Source: Candidatus Entotheonellaceae bacterium (GTDB lineage: Bacteria; Tectomicrobia; Entotheonellia; Entotheonellales; Entotheonellaceae). From it: a stretch of 64,000 nt of DNA. A program made the translations under genes and the position numbers. Location: contig OZ250173.1 of the NCBI GenBank assembly GCA_965238075.1, positions 3,232,001-3,296,000 of the forward strand. The letters run 5' to 3'. Below, one piece after another: positions 8,434-18,194 of this stretch. The notes below the pieces were generated by a model. That model was not told the DNA's origin. It saw nothing but the letters and a program-made list of their open reading frames with translations, and searched no databases. How positions within the stretch are numbered: the first letter of the stretch is position 1; the number at the start of each line of letters is the position of its first letter.

Positions 8434-11121
8434 TCACATCGAAATGCCCAACAAGCCCCTCGACACCTGAAAATCGATGTTCCCCTGCTCGTACAGCTTC
8501 GGCACGTAGGTCCGGGAGGCGACAGACAGAACCAAGGGCAAGATGGCTTCGGTCCACGAGGCGTCATCGCCGAGCATCAAGTCCATATCTGCCGACCAAT
8601 CCGTTTCCGCGCCGCTGGCCACCTGCAGGAGCGGAATCATGGGATGCGCCTGCATCGGCGGGCCGGACACGTGCGCCAGCATGATTTCCACGCCTGTGGC
8701 GCCCAGACCAGTCAGCGTTTCTACCCAGTGATGCGTGGGGGTCTCCATGACGTGCAGGCCCGGCGTGGCGGTCTGACCATAAGCCAGCGACGTCTTGATC
8801 GGCGAGTTCGTCCGCAGGTTGTCGAGGTACGCCACCGAGGACAGCAGGGAGGCGTTGCTCGTCAGCACCACCGTGCCGCCGGCGCTGACGACGGCGGCGG
8901 TCAGGTGGGCCAGTTGCTCGGCGGCGGCGGCGGGCACCGCACCGCTGTCCAGCAATCCCAGGCGCAGCGCGCCAACACCGGCATCAGCGCACTCGGGGCC
9001 GGATAGCCCGCTCAGCGCCGCGTCGAACCACGCTTCGACCTTCTCGGTCACCTGTTCGATGCCGCCGTCCATCTGCACACTGGCCCAGCCGAATCGTTGC
9101 CGGTCCACGCCGTGGCGAGCGAGCTGATTGGCCATGTAGTCGTTGTGCGTCTTCTCGCAACCGTGCTCCAGCAACAGGCCAAAACGCACCAGCGGGTGCG
9201 TCAGATAGCCCAGCGTGGTGCGCGCGTACATGGCCTCTGAGGAGCCGCTGGACACGCCACAGCCCTCGGTGTGGGGCAGCGCCACAAAGCGCGACACCCC
9301 GCGGTTGCCGGTGAAGGTGGCGTTGAGCTTGTTGGCGATCAGCCGGGCAATCTGGCTGGAACACAGGCTGGTGGGTAGCAACAGGCCGATCTGGTCCGTG
9401 ACGACGCCGTCGTCAGTCCGCATGGCCTGGAAGGTCTGCGTCGGCGCTGCTGCCGGTCCCGCGACCGACAACGCCGTACCGCTGGGCAATGGGGCCTGTT
9501 GCAGACCTTCGAGCTTGCTGTCATCTGTCTGGCGCCAGTCGCGCCACAGCGACACCTGCGCGTGCCCTGCCCTTTCGCCCTTGGTGTGGGTGCCGGACGC
9601 CGCCGCCACGGTGAGATCGAACATGCTCTTGCCCAACTCGTCCATCGGCGTGCCGTCCTGATACGCCCCGGCGTTCACGTCCATATCCCGCTGCAGCATC
9701 TCAAAGCGCTGGCTCGTCGTCACTACCTTGAGGGTTGGCACGAAGGGGAAATTGGTGATGGAGCCGTTGCCCGTAATGAAGAAGATCATGTTGGCGCCAG
9801 CTGCTACCTGCCCGGCGATGCTCTCCAGATCGTTGCCGGGGCTGTTCATAAAGTAATAGCCCGGCTGCAGCATGCGCTCGCCGTAGTCGATGACGTAATC
9901 CAGACGCACCTCGGGGTGGCGCTTCATGGCGGCGCCGAGGGATTTGAGGACGATGTTGTAGAGGCCGCGGAACATGTTGCCGCCGGTCGGGTTGCCCTCG
10001 GCGGTATGGCCGTGCCAGGCCACACGCTCTTTGAATTCGGCGACAGTGGCCAGGAATTTCCGCGCCGTCGGGAGGTTGCGCACGTTTTGGAGCACATACG
10101 CCTCGGCACCGATCAATTCATCGGTTTCCGCCAGGCTGGCGGCGCCGCCGTGGCGGATAATCTCCCGCGCCACCCAGGCGGACAGCGGATTGCCCGAGAT
10201 GCCCGAAAAGGCGTCGGAGCCGCCGCATTGCAGCGCCACGTTGATGTGCGCCAGGGATTGCTCATTGCGCGTGACGGCGTTCACCTGCGGCAACCAGCCG
10301 CGGACCGACTCCTCGCCGCGTTTCAGGTCGTCCTGAAACCGCCCCGCAAGGCTGAGAAAGTGGTGCGGCACGTCCGTCAAAGGGTAATCGTGCGCCGCCA
10401 TGTAGTCGCGGAGCCGGGCGTTGGTGACCGTTTCGGTGCCATAGTCCACCGCCAACACGGCGCCGACGTTGGGGTGCACCATGAAGCCGCTCAGGGTACG
10501 CAGCACGAAGTCGAGGTTGTTGGGCCGCTCGCTGCCGCCGCCCTCGGTGTGCGCCACGGCGACGATGCCATCGACGTTCGCATACTCGCCCGCCAGGCCA
10601 CGTAGGCGATCCTCTAAAGCACGGGCGTAGCCGGCGGTGCGCGACGAGGTGCCGAGGATGACGACGTAGTTTCGGGTGCCGACGCCTCGTGCCCCGCCGC
10701 GCGCATAGCCCAGGAAGGTGCCGGGCACGTCGTAGCGCGCTACCTGCTCGCTGGGTTGGAAGCGGGCCTCGTCCAGCAGGTATGGGGTGATCTTGTCGGT
10801 GAAATTGGCCTCGGTCGGCAGGTTGAAATCGACGTTGCGGCCGCGCAGGGCCTCGAGAATTCTCGCGTTGCAGACGTAGGTTCCGGGCGCGATGTCGCGG
10901 CTGGCGTAACCGAACGGCAGGCCCCACGACAGCAGCGCGGCGTCGGTGTTGATGGGTTGCCGGGCGAAGCGATGGCCGACCAGCAGGGTGTGATCCAGCC
11001 GGAACCGCTCACTGCCGCTAACCACCTCGGTGCCCGCCTCCAGCCGCCGCGAGGCAATGGCGACGTTGTCGCCAGGGGCCGGCAATCGCGCCACGTCGTG
11101 AAAGTCGTACACGTGTGCCAT
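8434..11121 (-). CDS. UxaA/GarD/SuyB-family dehydratase: SAF domain, catalytic domain and a second UxaA-like domain
   Basis: DNVAIA..GHRFA SAF domain, GTRNY, HTEGG, QCGGSDAFSG, GNMFRGL..KSLGA, PGNDLES; second copy LLPTSLCS..LPHTEGCG..LEHGCEK. Confidence 0.85.
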   Translation of the reverse strand: MAHVYDFHDVARLPAPGDNVAIASRRLEAGTEVVSGSERFRLDHTLLVGHRFARQPINTDAALLSWGLPFGYASRDIAPGTYVCNARILEALRGRNVDFNLPTEANFTDKITPYLLDEARFQPSEQVARYDVPGTFLGYARGGARGVGTRNYVVILGTSSRTAGYARALEDRLRGLAGEYANVDGIVAVAHTEGGGSERPNNLDFVLRTLSGFMVHPNVGAVLAVDYGTETVTNARLRDYMAAHDYPLTDVPHHFLSLAGRFQDDLKRGEESVRGWLPQVNAVTRNEQSLAHINVALQCGGSDAFSGISGNPLSAWVAREIIRHGGAASLAETDELIGAEAYVLQNVRNLPTARKFLATVAEFKERVAWHGHTAEGNPTGGNMFRGLYNIVLKSLGAAMKRHPEVRLDYVIDYGERMLQPGYYFMNSPGNDLESIAGQVAAGANMIFFITGNGSITNFPFVPTLKVVTTSQRFEMLQRDMDVNAGAYQDGTPMDELGKSMFDLTVAAASGTHTKGERAGHAQVSLWRDWRQTDDSKLEGLQQAPLPSGTALSVAGPAAAPTQTFQAMRTDDGVVTDQIGLLLPTSLCSSQIARLIANKLNATFTGNRGVSRFVALPHTEGCGVSSGSSEAMYARTTLGYLTHPLVRFGLLLEHGCEKTHNDYMANQLARHGVDRQRFGWASVQMDGGIEQVTEKVEAWFDAALSGLSGPECADAGVGALRLGLLDSGAVPAAAAEQLAHLTAAVVSAGGTVVLTSNASLLSSVAYLDNLRTNSPIKTSLAYGQTATPGLHVMETPTHHWVETLTGLGATGVEIMLAHVSGPPMQAHPMIPLLQVASGAETDWSADMDLMLGDDASWTEAILPLVLSVASRTYVPKLYEQGNIDFQVSRGLLGISM

Positions 11122-11132
11122 GGGGTGCATCC

Positions 11133-12215
11133 TCAGTTGAGATCGGAGAGTTGAGTCATGACGTCGCGGGCCAGCAAGGTCATCGACCGCTGCCAACGCT
11201 CCTTGGGCTGCCACTCGTGGGCCATGGCCAGCAGCACGCCGAAGCCGCCCACGTCGTGATGCAGCCGCCGCAGCTTGTCGGCCACCTCGTCGGGGCTGCC
11301 GACGACCCAGATGTTGTCGACGAGATATTCCGGCGTCACCTCGCTGTCGGCCATGTCGGGATCGGTCTTCATCAGGCCCAGCATGTTCATGCTGGACAGC
11401 AGCGGTTTGAAGTACTGCTGAAAATCACGACTTAGCACGCCGTTGAGAGCCTCGCGGCGTGCCTCGGCGCTGCTCTCCGCCACGTACACCTCGCGGGCGA
11501 TGCGCCAGGCGTGCGGGTCCGGCGTCCGGCCGCTCTTGGCTGCCCCCTCCTGCACCGCTTCCCAGTGGGTGCGCAGGGTGTTGGTGGGCACGAGGTTGAT
11601 GCTGAGGGGAATCCAGCCGCGCTCGCCGGCCAGGATCAAGGTGTCCGACTTGGGCGACACGCCGGCAACGCCGATGGGCGGGTGCGGTTTCTGGTACGGC
11701 TTGAGGTGCAGGCGGAGGCCGATTTCGTCCACGGGTTCGGGGATGGTGAAGCGCCAATAGGGATGTTCATAGAGGCCCGGTTTTGGGTCGTCCCAGAGTT
11801 GCAGCACCAAGTCGATGGCGTCGCGCGTCATGCTGCGGTGGGCGCCGGTTGCGGGGTCAAAGCCGAACACCTCGAAGTCGCCGGGGAAGCCGCCGGAGCC
11901 GACCCCCCAGTGAAAGCGGCCGCGCGCCTGGTGGTCGAGTTGGGCGATGCGCTGCGCCAGCATGAAGGGGTTGTGGTTGGGCATGCACGTCACGCCGGTG
12001 CCGAGGACGATGTGCTGGGTCTTTGCCAGGGCCATGGCGATGAACAGGTCGGGCGCCGGAATGTTCTCCCACACGGTGGTGAAATGCTCGCCAATCCAGG
12101 CCTCCTTGTAGCCAAGTTCATCGAGCATGACGATCTGAGCCAGGTCGTCTTGGAGGGTGTGGGTCGGGTCGGCGCCGGGGGGGTGCAGGGGCATTGCGAA
12201 GTATCCGACTTCCAT
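11133..12215 (-). CDS. Luciferase-like (LLM) flavin-dependent monooxygenase, limonene/diketocamphane monooxygenase type
   Basis: FAMPLHPP, AWIGEHFT, LGTGVTCMP, RIAQLDHQARGR, PYQKPHPPI. Confidence 0.88.
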   Translation of the reverse strand: MEVGYFAMPLHPPGADPTHTLQDDLAQIVMLDELGYKEAWIGEHFTTVWENIPAPDLFIAMALAKTQHIVLGTGVTCMPNHNPFMLAQRIAQLDHQARGRFHWGVGSGGFPGDFEVFGFDPATGAHRSMTRDAIDLVLQLWDDPKPGLYEHPYWRFTIPEPVDEIGLRLHLKPYQKPHPPIGVAGVSPKSDTLILAGERGWIPLSINLVPTNTLRTHWEAVQEGAAKSGRTPDPHAWRIAREVYVAESSAEARREALNGVLSRDFQQYFKPLLSSMNMLGLMKTDPDMADSEVTPEYLVDNIWVVGSPDEVADKLRRLHHDVGGFGVLLAMAHEWQPKERWQRSMTLLARDVMTQLSDLN

Positions 12216-12258
12216 GGCGGCCTCCTTGCTTGAGTGGGTGGAATTGCTATCAACCTAG

Positions 12259-12291
12259 TGACATTGTGCCGCCATGTCAATGCAGTATAAT
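12259..12291. promoter_or_regulatory. Palindrome plus -10 box in the divergent LLM/fprA promoter
   Basis: TGACAT-N9-ATGTCA at 12259-12279 followed by TATAAT at 12286-12291. Confidence 0.4.
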
Positions 12292-12377
12292 GGCCGCCGC
12301 TAAGCGGGCTGGAGCCGCGCCGAGGCGCGCCGCGCAAGGCCCATGACGATTTCTAAACATGCGGGTAGGGGTGGAGA

Positions 12378-13787
12378 ATGGCACAGCCGGGTACGGCCGC
12401 GGCGCCGTTGCGTGTGGCGATTGTCGGGGCGGGGCCGAGCGGCTTCTACGTCGCCGAGCACCTGTTGAATCAGGAGGACCTGGTCGTCGAGGTCGACATG
12501 CTGGAACGGTTGCCGACGCCGTACGGCTTGGTGCGCGGCGGCGTGGCACCGGACCACCAGAAGATCAAGGCTGTGTCGGCCACCTATGACAAGATCGCCG
12601 CCAACCCGCGGTTTCGCTATTACGGCCATGTTGAATACGGCACCCACCTGAGCCTCGACGACCTGCGCGGGCTCTACCACCAGATCGTTTTCACGACCGG
12701 CGCTCCCACCGACAACCGCATGGAGATTCCCGGCGAGGACTTGATCGGCAGCCATCCTGCCACCACCTTCGTCGCTTGGTACAACGGCCACCCGGATTAC
12801 CGCGACCTGCAGTTCGACTTCTCTTGCGAGCGCGTCGCCATCGTCGGTGTCGGCAACGTTGCCGTTGACGTGGCTCGTATCCTGTGCCGAACCCCCGAAG
12901 AACTCGCCAAGACCGATATCGCCGATTACGCTCTGGCAGTGCTGCGCGAGAGTCGGATTAAGGAGGTCACCATGCTCGGGCGGCGCGGCCCGGCGCAGGC
13001 GGCGTTTACCAACCCCGAGTTGCGCGAACTGGGTCAATTGCCTGGCGCCGACCTGATCGTGCGTCCCGAAGAAGCGGCGCTGGACGACCTGAGCCAAGCG
13101 GCTCTGGACAGCGGCTCGGATCGTGCTACGGGCCGCAAGGTTACGATGCTGCAGGAATTTGCGGGGCGCCAACCGGAGGGCAAGGCGCGCCGTCTGACGA
13201 TCCGCTTCCTGGTATCGCCGACAGCCCTGCTGGGGAACGGCGACAATCGACTGACCGCCATGCAGCTGGTGAAGAACGAGCTCTATGCCACCGACTCCGG
13301 CACCCTGCGGCCGCGCGCCACCGAGCAGGTTGAGGAACTGCCGGTCGATCGGGTCTTTCGCTCGGTCGGCTATCGCGGCGTGCCGCTGCCGGACGTGCCA
13401 TTCGACGGCCGCCGGGGCGTCATCGCCAACGCGGAAGGCCGCGTGCTCGACCCCGACGGTGAGGGACCGCTGATCGGCATTTACGCGGCCGGTTGGATCA
13501 AGCGCGGCCCCACCGGTGTCATCGGCACGAACAAGCCCGACGCCCTGCAAACGGTCAAGGGCATGGTGGCCGATCTGGCTGACGGCAGGGTGCTGCAGCC
13601 GTCCGGCGCGGCGGCCGAGGCCGCCGCCAAGCTGGTGCGGGAGCGGCAGCCGGAGGTCTTCTCCTACGCCGATTGGTTGCAGCTCAACAAGGTGGAAGTG
13701 TCCAAGGGGAAGGATATCGGGGCGCCGCGCGTCAAGTTCACCCGTGTTGACGAGATGCTGGAGGCACGGCGGGAAGCCGCTACCTGA
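12378..13787 (+). CDS. fprA: Ferredoxin-NADP+ reductase, adrenodoxin reductase/FprA type
   Basis: GAGPSG, PYGLVRGGVAPDH, WYNGHPD, GVGNVAVDVAR, GRRGPAQAAFT, GWIKRGPTGVIGTNK. Confidence 0.93.
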   Translation: MAQPGTAAAPLRVAIVGAGPSGFYVAEHLLNQEDLVVEVDMLERLPTPYGLVRGGVAPDHQKIKAVSATYDKIAANPRFRYYGHVEYGTHLSLDDLRGLYHQIVFTTGAPTDNRMEIPGEDLIGSHPATTFVAWYNGHPDYRDLQFDFSCERVAIVGVGNVAVDVARILCRTPEELAKTDIADYALAVLRESRIKEVTMLGRRGPAQAAFTNPELRELGQLPGADLIVRPEEAALDDLSQAALDSGSDRATGRKVTMLQEFAGRQPEGKARRLTIRFLVSPTALLGNGDNRLTAMQLVKNELYATDSGTLRPRATEQVEELPVDRVFRSVGYRGVPLPDVPFDGRRGVIANAEGRVLDPDGEGPLIGIYAAGWIKRGPTGVIGTNKPDALQTVKGMVADLADGRVLQPSGAAAEAAAKLVRERQPEVFSYADWLQLNKVEVSKGKDIGAPRVKFTRVDEMLEARREAAT

Positions 13788-13907
13788 TTCCGGGAAATAT
13801 TCCTGCGACAGGTTTTGCGATGCCACGGTCCACGCTTGTGACGCCTGACACCGAATACCCGGATTCGGACGGCCTGCCCATGACGGAAACCGAGTTCCAG
13901 TTTCATC

Positions 13908-14054
13908 TTGACGCACCTGGAAGAAAACAGGGCGCGACGGGAAGCTGAAGACCGCCTCCAGGAAGCAGAAGCTCGACTGGTCGAGTTGGAAACCCGCCTT
14001 CAAGCCTTGCAGCCGTCATCCTTCTCGGCACGGCCGGACCAACCGCAGAGGTAA
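13908..14054 (+). pseudogene. C-terminal coiled-coil remnant of a Uma2-type protein
   Basis: LTHLEENRARREAEDRLQEAEARLVELETRLQALQ with no start or nuclease domain. Confidence 0.4.
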
Positions 14055-14095
14055 GTCCGAAGGGAAGCCCTACCGGAAGCGTTAACGGAACGGGC

Positions 14096-15886
14096 TCACC
14101 GAACGCTCCCCGCCGTCACGGGTCCGAAGTTGTCGCCTGCTCCCCGGCGGCCTGCCTCTGACGTTAGGAAGCCGTCGCGCCGTGCAGCGGGCTGAAATTG
14201 GACGCTCAGCTTGACACCGGCGGTGAATACGTCGTTACCGCGTGCGGGACTGAAGGCCTCGGCTCCGGCAGTGAACACCGTGTGCGGACTCGGTTGGTGT
14301 ACGAGATGGACGGACAGGGTCCTATTCCAGCCGCTCTCATCCATTTGCACGGTGCCGAATATCGTCCTGGCCTCACCGCCGGCGAATTTATCAAGGTTCA
14401 GGGCTGCATCAAACCGCGTGCCTTCCGAAACGGCGAATGACCGGCGGGCCGTGAACCCGATCGCCGTGCCTTCTGCCGACTCGATGAGCCCGCTTTCCCT
14501 TCCTTGGGCTATCTGGCGGGAGACGCGGAAGAACAGGTCACGGTGCCCGACGTTGGCCTCGTACCCAAGTGTCCGATCGTAGTTGTGCCTCTCGTCGAGT
14601 CCGAAGAAGTCATTGCGGATGCCCAAGCCGATGGATGCAAATAATTTACTCGCTTCGTGTTCGTACGCGCCGCCTGCGTACAGGTCGCCGTTGGGTTGAG
14701 AAAGGCGGAACGAAAGTCCCTCCCCCACCCCAGTCACGACAGGGGTTCCATGTTCGTGAAACCTGGCCAACACGCCGGGCGTGGTTCTTCCGAACGCTCC
14801 CGTCAACTCCGTTCCCAACGTAACGGCCTCGCCGTTCGGGGAAATGGCGAAATTGGATGTAATCTCGGCATCTCCGGGAAGGATTACGCGGTTCAGTTGC
14901 AGCGGCGCAACGGCATCATTGAATTCCCCCCTGTTGTCTACCAATCGCCATTCGCCGCTGGCGTCCAGAGTCGTTAAGCGTGTGAAATCCACCACGCCCA
15001 GTCCGTTGGGAAGGGTGGAAACCTGACGCACCGACGTTTTCAACATCCTGGCGAGATTCTGGTGGGTTGTATTTGGAAATACGGCCAGCACCGACGCCAG
15101 AGACGCGGCAACCCGTGGGGAGCCGAAGCTGGTGCCGGAGCCAACGCCCGGCGTCATAAACGGCACCCAGACACAGGCGCTGGAGACCGTATCGCAGCCG
15201 GACGAATGGGGATGACGAACGATGTCTCCGCTGGCGTTCACGTCATATCCGGCGACGTAGACGACCTTGTCGGTGTCTATGGCTCGTTTGATGCCGGTAT
15301 AGAGCGGATCATCGGGACGGACGGGAAACGCCTCCGTGTTTTCGTTTCCTGCGCTGTGGACGACCAGGAAATCGAGCGCATTGCCGTATTGCCCCACCAA
15401 GCCGTTACCGTCGGGAAGAATGGACAGAGACACAAGCCGGATCCCTGCATTGTCGAGCTCTCGTTTGAACCAGGCATTGGCGTGCCGAGAACCGGCTGGC
15501 AACCCCGCATCCGCGTAGTCGATCTCCTTGTAGTCACCGGCTCTGTTGTAGTTCTGGAAGTACGTAAACGGACGCGATCCCGTCTCTTCCGGGTCATCGC
15601 ATTCCACGATATACGACCAACACGAAGTCCGGCGGATCAGCCGCCCGTGCTCTCTGGAACCGTTGACCGAACTGTAGTGATCGGTCGCAGCCCACAGGGC
15701 GCGCATCTGTTCGTTTGTTTGCGAGATACGGGCAAGTGGAATCCTCTCAATGCCCGGGAGGGTTAACCGTCCGCGGCGCAGCGTCGGCGACGGAATTTGG
15801 GAACTCCCATCAGCAACGCCCCCGTCGCAGCCGTTCAGTAGGAAAAGGGATGAAATGAGGAGCGTTATAACCAAGAGTGTGCGCAT
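14096..15886 (-). CDS. Lipoprotein with S8 (subtilisin-like) domain and C-terminal beta-barrel-like region
   Basis: Lipobox LLNG-C, SAGNE oxyanion motif, SGTSFGSPRVAA catalytic-Ser motif, amphipathic beta-strands at the C-terminus. Confidence 0.7.
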   Translation of the reverse strand: MRTLLVITLLISSLFLLNGCDGGVADGSSQIPSPTLRRGRLTLPGIERIPLARISQTNEQMRALWAATDHYSSVNGSREHGRLIRRTSCWSYIVECDDPEETGSRPFTYFQNYNRAGDYKEIDYADAGLPAGSRHANAWFKRELDNAGIRLVSLSILPDGNGLVGQYGNALDFLVVHSAGNENTEAFPVRPDDPLYTGIKRAIDTDKVVYVAGYDVNASGDIVRHPHSSGCDTVSSACVWVPFMTPGVGSGTSFGSPRVAASLASVLAVFPNTTHQNLARMLKTSVRQVSTLPNGLGVVDFTRLTTLDASGEWRLVDNRGEFNDAVAPLQLNRVILPGDAEITSNFAISPNGEAVTLGTELTGAFGRTTPGVLARFHEHGTPVVTGVGEGLSFRLSQPNGDLYAGGAYEHEASKLFASIGLGIRNDFFGLDERHNYDRTLGYEANVGHRDLFFRVSRQIAQGRESGLIESAEGTAIGFTARRSFAVSEGTRFDAALNLDKFAGGEARTIFGTVQMDESGWNRTLSVHLVHQPSPHTVFTAGAEAFSPARGNDVFTAGVKLSVQFQPAARRDGFLTSEAGRRGAGDNFGPVTAGSVR

Positions 15887-16134
15887 CTCGTTGTCCCCTT
15901 GGACCCCACAGGCGGTTGAATCCGTGCCTTATGGGGTCCACAACAGGGGGAACTCGTGGGTGTACCCATGCAATCTATTGCACGATTCGATCAAGGAAAA
16001 AGGTCTGGCGGGTTGGCCTGTCCAGGGCTTAACATGACTTTGCATGCCGGTGCTATGCAAGGGACCTCCGAGACCTTGCGGCCGGCCTTGAAGACACGGT
16101 CCCATAGTCCCTTTTCTACGGAGGTACAAAATCT

Positions 16135-16485
16135 ATGGTCTCGACAGCATTAACTCTTTTGACTGTCGTTATGTTTGTGTTGAACGTCGGACCAGTCTGG
16201 GCGGACTCGCCTGCTGAGGCTCCAAGTCAGATAGACTTACCAAGTGAGACTCAGTGTAAACCCACTGAATTGACGGACGAAGGAATGAACGGAGAAGGAC
16301 CCATCACTGTGGCAACCGTTAAGGTTTATTGCCAGTTTCGTATCTTCTGTCCGGCAGAGCACAAATGCTGCAATGCTGGTCCCACATTTTGGTGTTGTCC
16401 GCTACCTGCTACGTGTGATCCCAATATGGATGCCGCTGATTGGACGGGATGCCATGGAGCGCAAGGCGTCAATCCGCTTAGGTAG
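16135..16485 (+). CDS. Small secreted Cys-rich granulin-like protein
   Basis: Signal peptide (VWA-D), acidic spacer, core C-x5-C-x5-CC-x7-CC-x5-C-x11-C. Confidence 0.6.
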   Translation: MVSTALTLLTVVMFVLNVGPVWADSPAEAPSQIDLPSETQCKPTELTDEGMNGEGPITVATVKVYCQFRIFCPAEHKCCNAGPTFWCCPLPATCDPNMDAADWTGCHGAQGVNPLR

Positions 16486-16568
16486 CTGATGCAGTTGATT
16501 GTGGCGTAAGGCCGAAGCCAAGCTGACAGCTTCCCCTGGGTCAAGGCCGGATCAACCATCTGCATCTT

Positions 16569-18182
16569 CTAAGCAGGCGAGCGCCAGGCGGTCCGGAAGC
16601 CGCCCGCGTTGTAGGTGATATTGCCGGCGATGTTGGGGCGGTAGGCCCTGACGTGCTTGTGCCAGGCGGACAGGTTGTGGGCGCTGATCGTTCTGACTTT
16701 TGGCGCCTCGGCGTGAATCAATTTTTCGGCCTCGGCATACAACTGAACGCGCTCCGCTTTGTGCTCCGTGCGCCGCGCCGCAGCGATGAGTTTGTCGTAA
16801 TCGGCGTTCACCCAGCCTCCGTAGGTTTGCTTCGAAGCCGGACTCTCGGAGCTCAATTCCTTGAAGTAATACTCGTGGGGGTCCATCCGATAGGCGCTGC
16901 CCAGTCCGAGAATGTCCCACTCGCGGCTTTTGCGGGCCGCGGTCAATTGTCCCCAATCAAGAATCTTCAGGTTCACCATGAAGCCGATCTGCCGCAGATT
17001 CTGCTGGAGGATCTGCGCGCCCTCCTTGATGTAGTTGTAGCGGTTGAACGTGATCATGGTCAGCCGCGTGCCCGGCCTGACACCCGCCTCCTTGAGCAAC
17101 CGCCTGGCTTCGTCCGGGTTGTGCTCCCACGACGACACGCCGGGCAGCCGCCACGGCGACGCCTCGGTGTAGAACTGATCCATGATCTCGCCGTGCCCGA
17201 ACAGCGTCTTGCGCATGATCTCCTGCTTGTCCACCGCCATGGCCACCGCGCGCCGCACCCGCACGTCGTCGAACGGCGGGCGTTGGGCGTTGAAGTAATA
17301 CCAGATGGTGCCGAGCGCCTTGATCTGGTAGGTGTCGAAGGTGTCCGTCCACTCGCTGAAACGCGCTTGGTCGCGGTAGCTGGCGGCGTCGATCATGTCC
17401 ACCTCGCCGGTGCGCAGGGCGGTCAGCCGCACGGTGTCGTCGGCCAGGGGCTTGCCGATGATTTCGTCCAGATACGGCAGCGCGTTGCCGTCGGCGTCCT
17501 TTTCCCAGTAGGTGTCGTGGCGGGCCATCACGGTGGTGTGCAGGCGCTTCCAGGAGACGAACTTGAACGGGCCGGTGGCGATGGGGTGCTGCTTGATCGA
17601 GTCGAGGCTCTGCGGGTCGATGATCGGCACCCAGCGGTTGGTCAGCATGGCCGGCAGCGGGTAGTACTTGTCCTTCAGCGTGGTGCGCAGGGTGAAGTCG
17701 TCGAGCAACTCGATTTTGTCGATGATGCTTAATTCCCCGCGAATCACCGCGCCGGTTCTGGGGTTCAGGACGCGTTCCAGGTTGGCCTTGACGTCGGCGC
17801 CGGTCATTTGCCGGCCGTTGTGAAAGGTGACGTCCTTGCGGATATGCCACGTCCAGATCAGGCCGTCCTTCGACGTTTCCCAAGCGTGCGCCAGGGCGGG
17901 CACGACGTTGGTGTCGTAGTCCGCCTCCGTGAGGCCATTGTAGATCAGCGACAGCGCGTTGGAGGTCGGATACGGCGGGAAGAAATGATGCGGGTCGAGC
18001 CGGCTGACGTCGCCCCGCAGGCCGATCTTGACCGAACCGCCATAGTTGGGCTGCGTGGCTGCCTGCGCAGTCGTTAGCGGCAAGCCCAACGCCGCCAAGC
18101 CGATAACGCCGCTGCCCGCCGCGGCCACGAACTCGCGGCGGCTCAGGCGCAATACCGCGTCCGTCTTTTCGAATGGTGTCAT
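16569..18182 (-). CDS. Peptide/nickel ABC transporter substrate-binding protein (family 5), Tat-exported
   Basis: SRREFV twin-arginine signal; LDPH, IYNGL, PALAHAWE, FHNG, TGPFKF, PPFDDVRVRRAV. Confidence 0.93.
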   Translation of the reverse strand: MTPFEKTDAVLRLSRREFVAAAGSGVIGLAALGLPLTTAQAATQPNYGGSVKIGLRGDVSRLDPHHFFPPYPTSNALSLIYNGLTEADYDTNVVPALAHAWETSKDGLIWTWHIRKDVTFHNGRQMTGADVKANLERVLNPRTGAVIRGELSIIDKIELLDDFTLRTTLKDKYYPLPAMLTNRWVPIIDPQSLDSIKQHPIATGPFKFVSWKRLHTTVMARHDTYWEKDADGNALPYLDEIIGKPLADDTVRLTALRTGEVDMIDAASYRDQARFSEWTDTFDTYQIKALGTIWYYFNAQRPPFDDVRVRRAVAMAVDKQEIMRKTLFGHGEIMDQFYTEASPWRLPGVSSWEHNPDEARRLLKEAGVRPGTRLTMITFNRYNYIKEGAQILQQNLRQIGFMVNLKILDWGQLTAARKSREWDILGLGSAYRMDPHEYYFKELSSESPASKQTYGGWVNADYDKLIAAARRTEHKAERVQLYAEAEKLIHAEAPKVRTISAHNLSAWHKHVRAYRPNIAGNITYNAGGFRTAWRSPA

Positions 18183-18194
18183 GCCTTGCAACTC

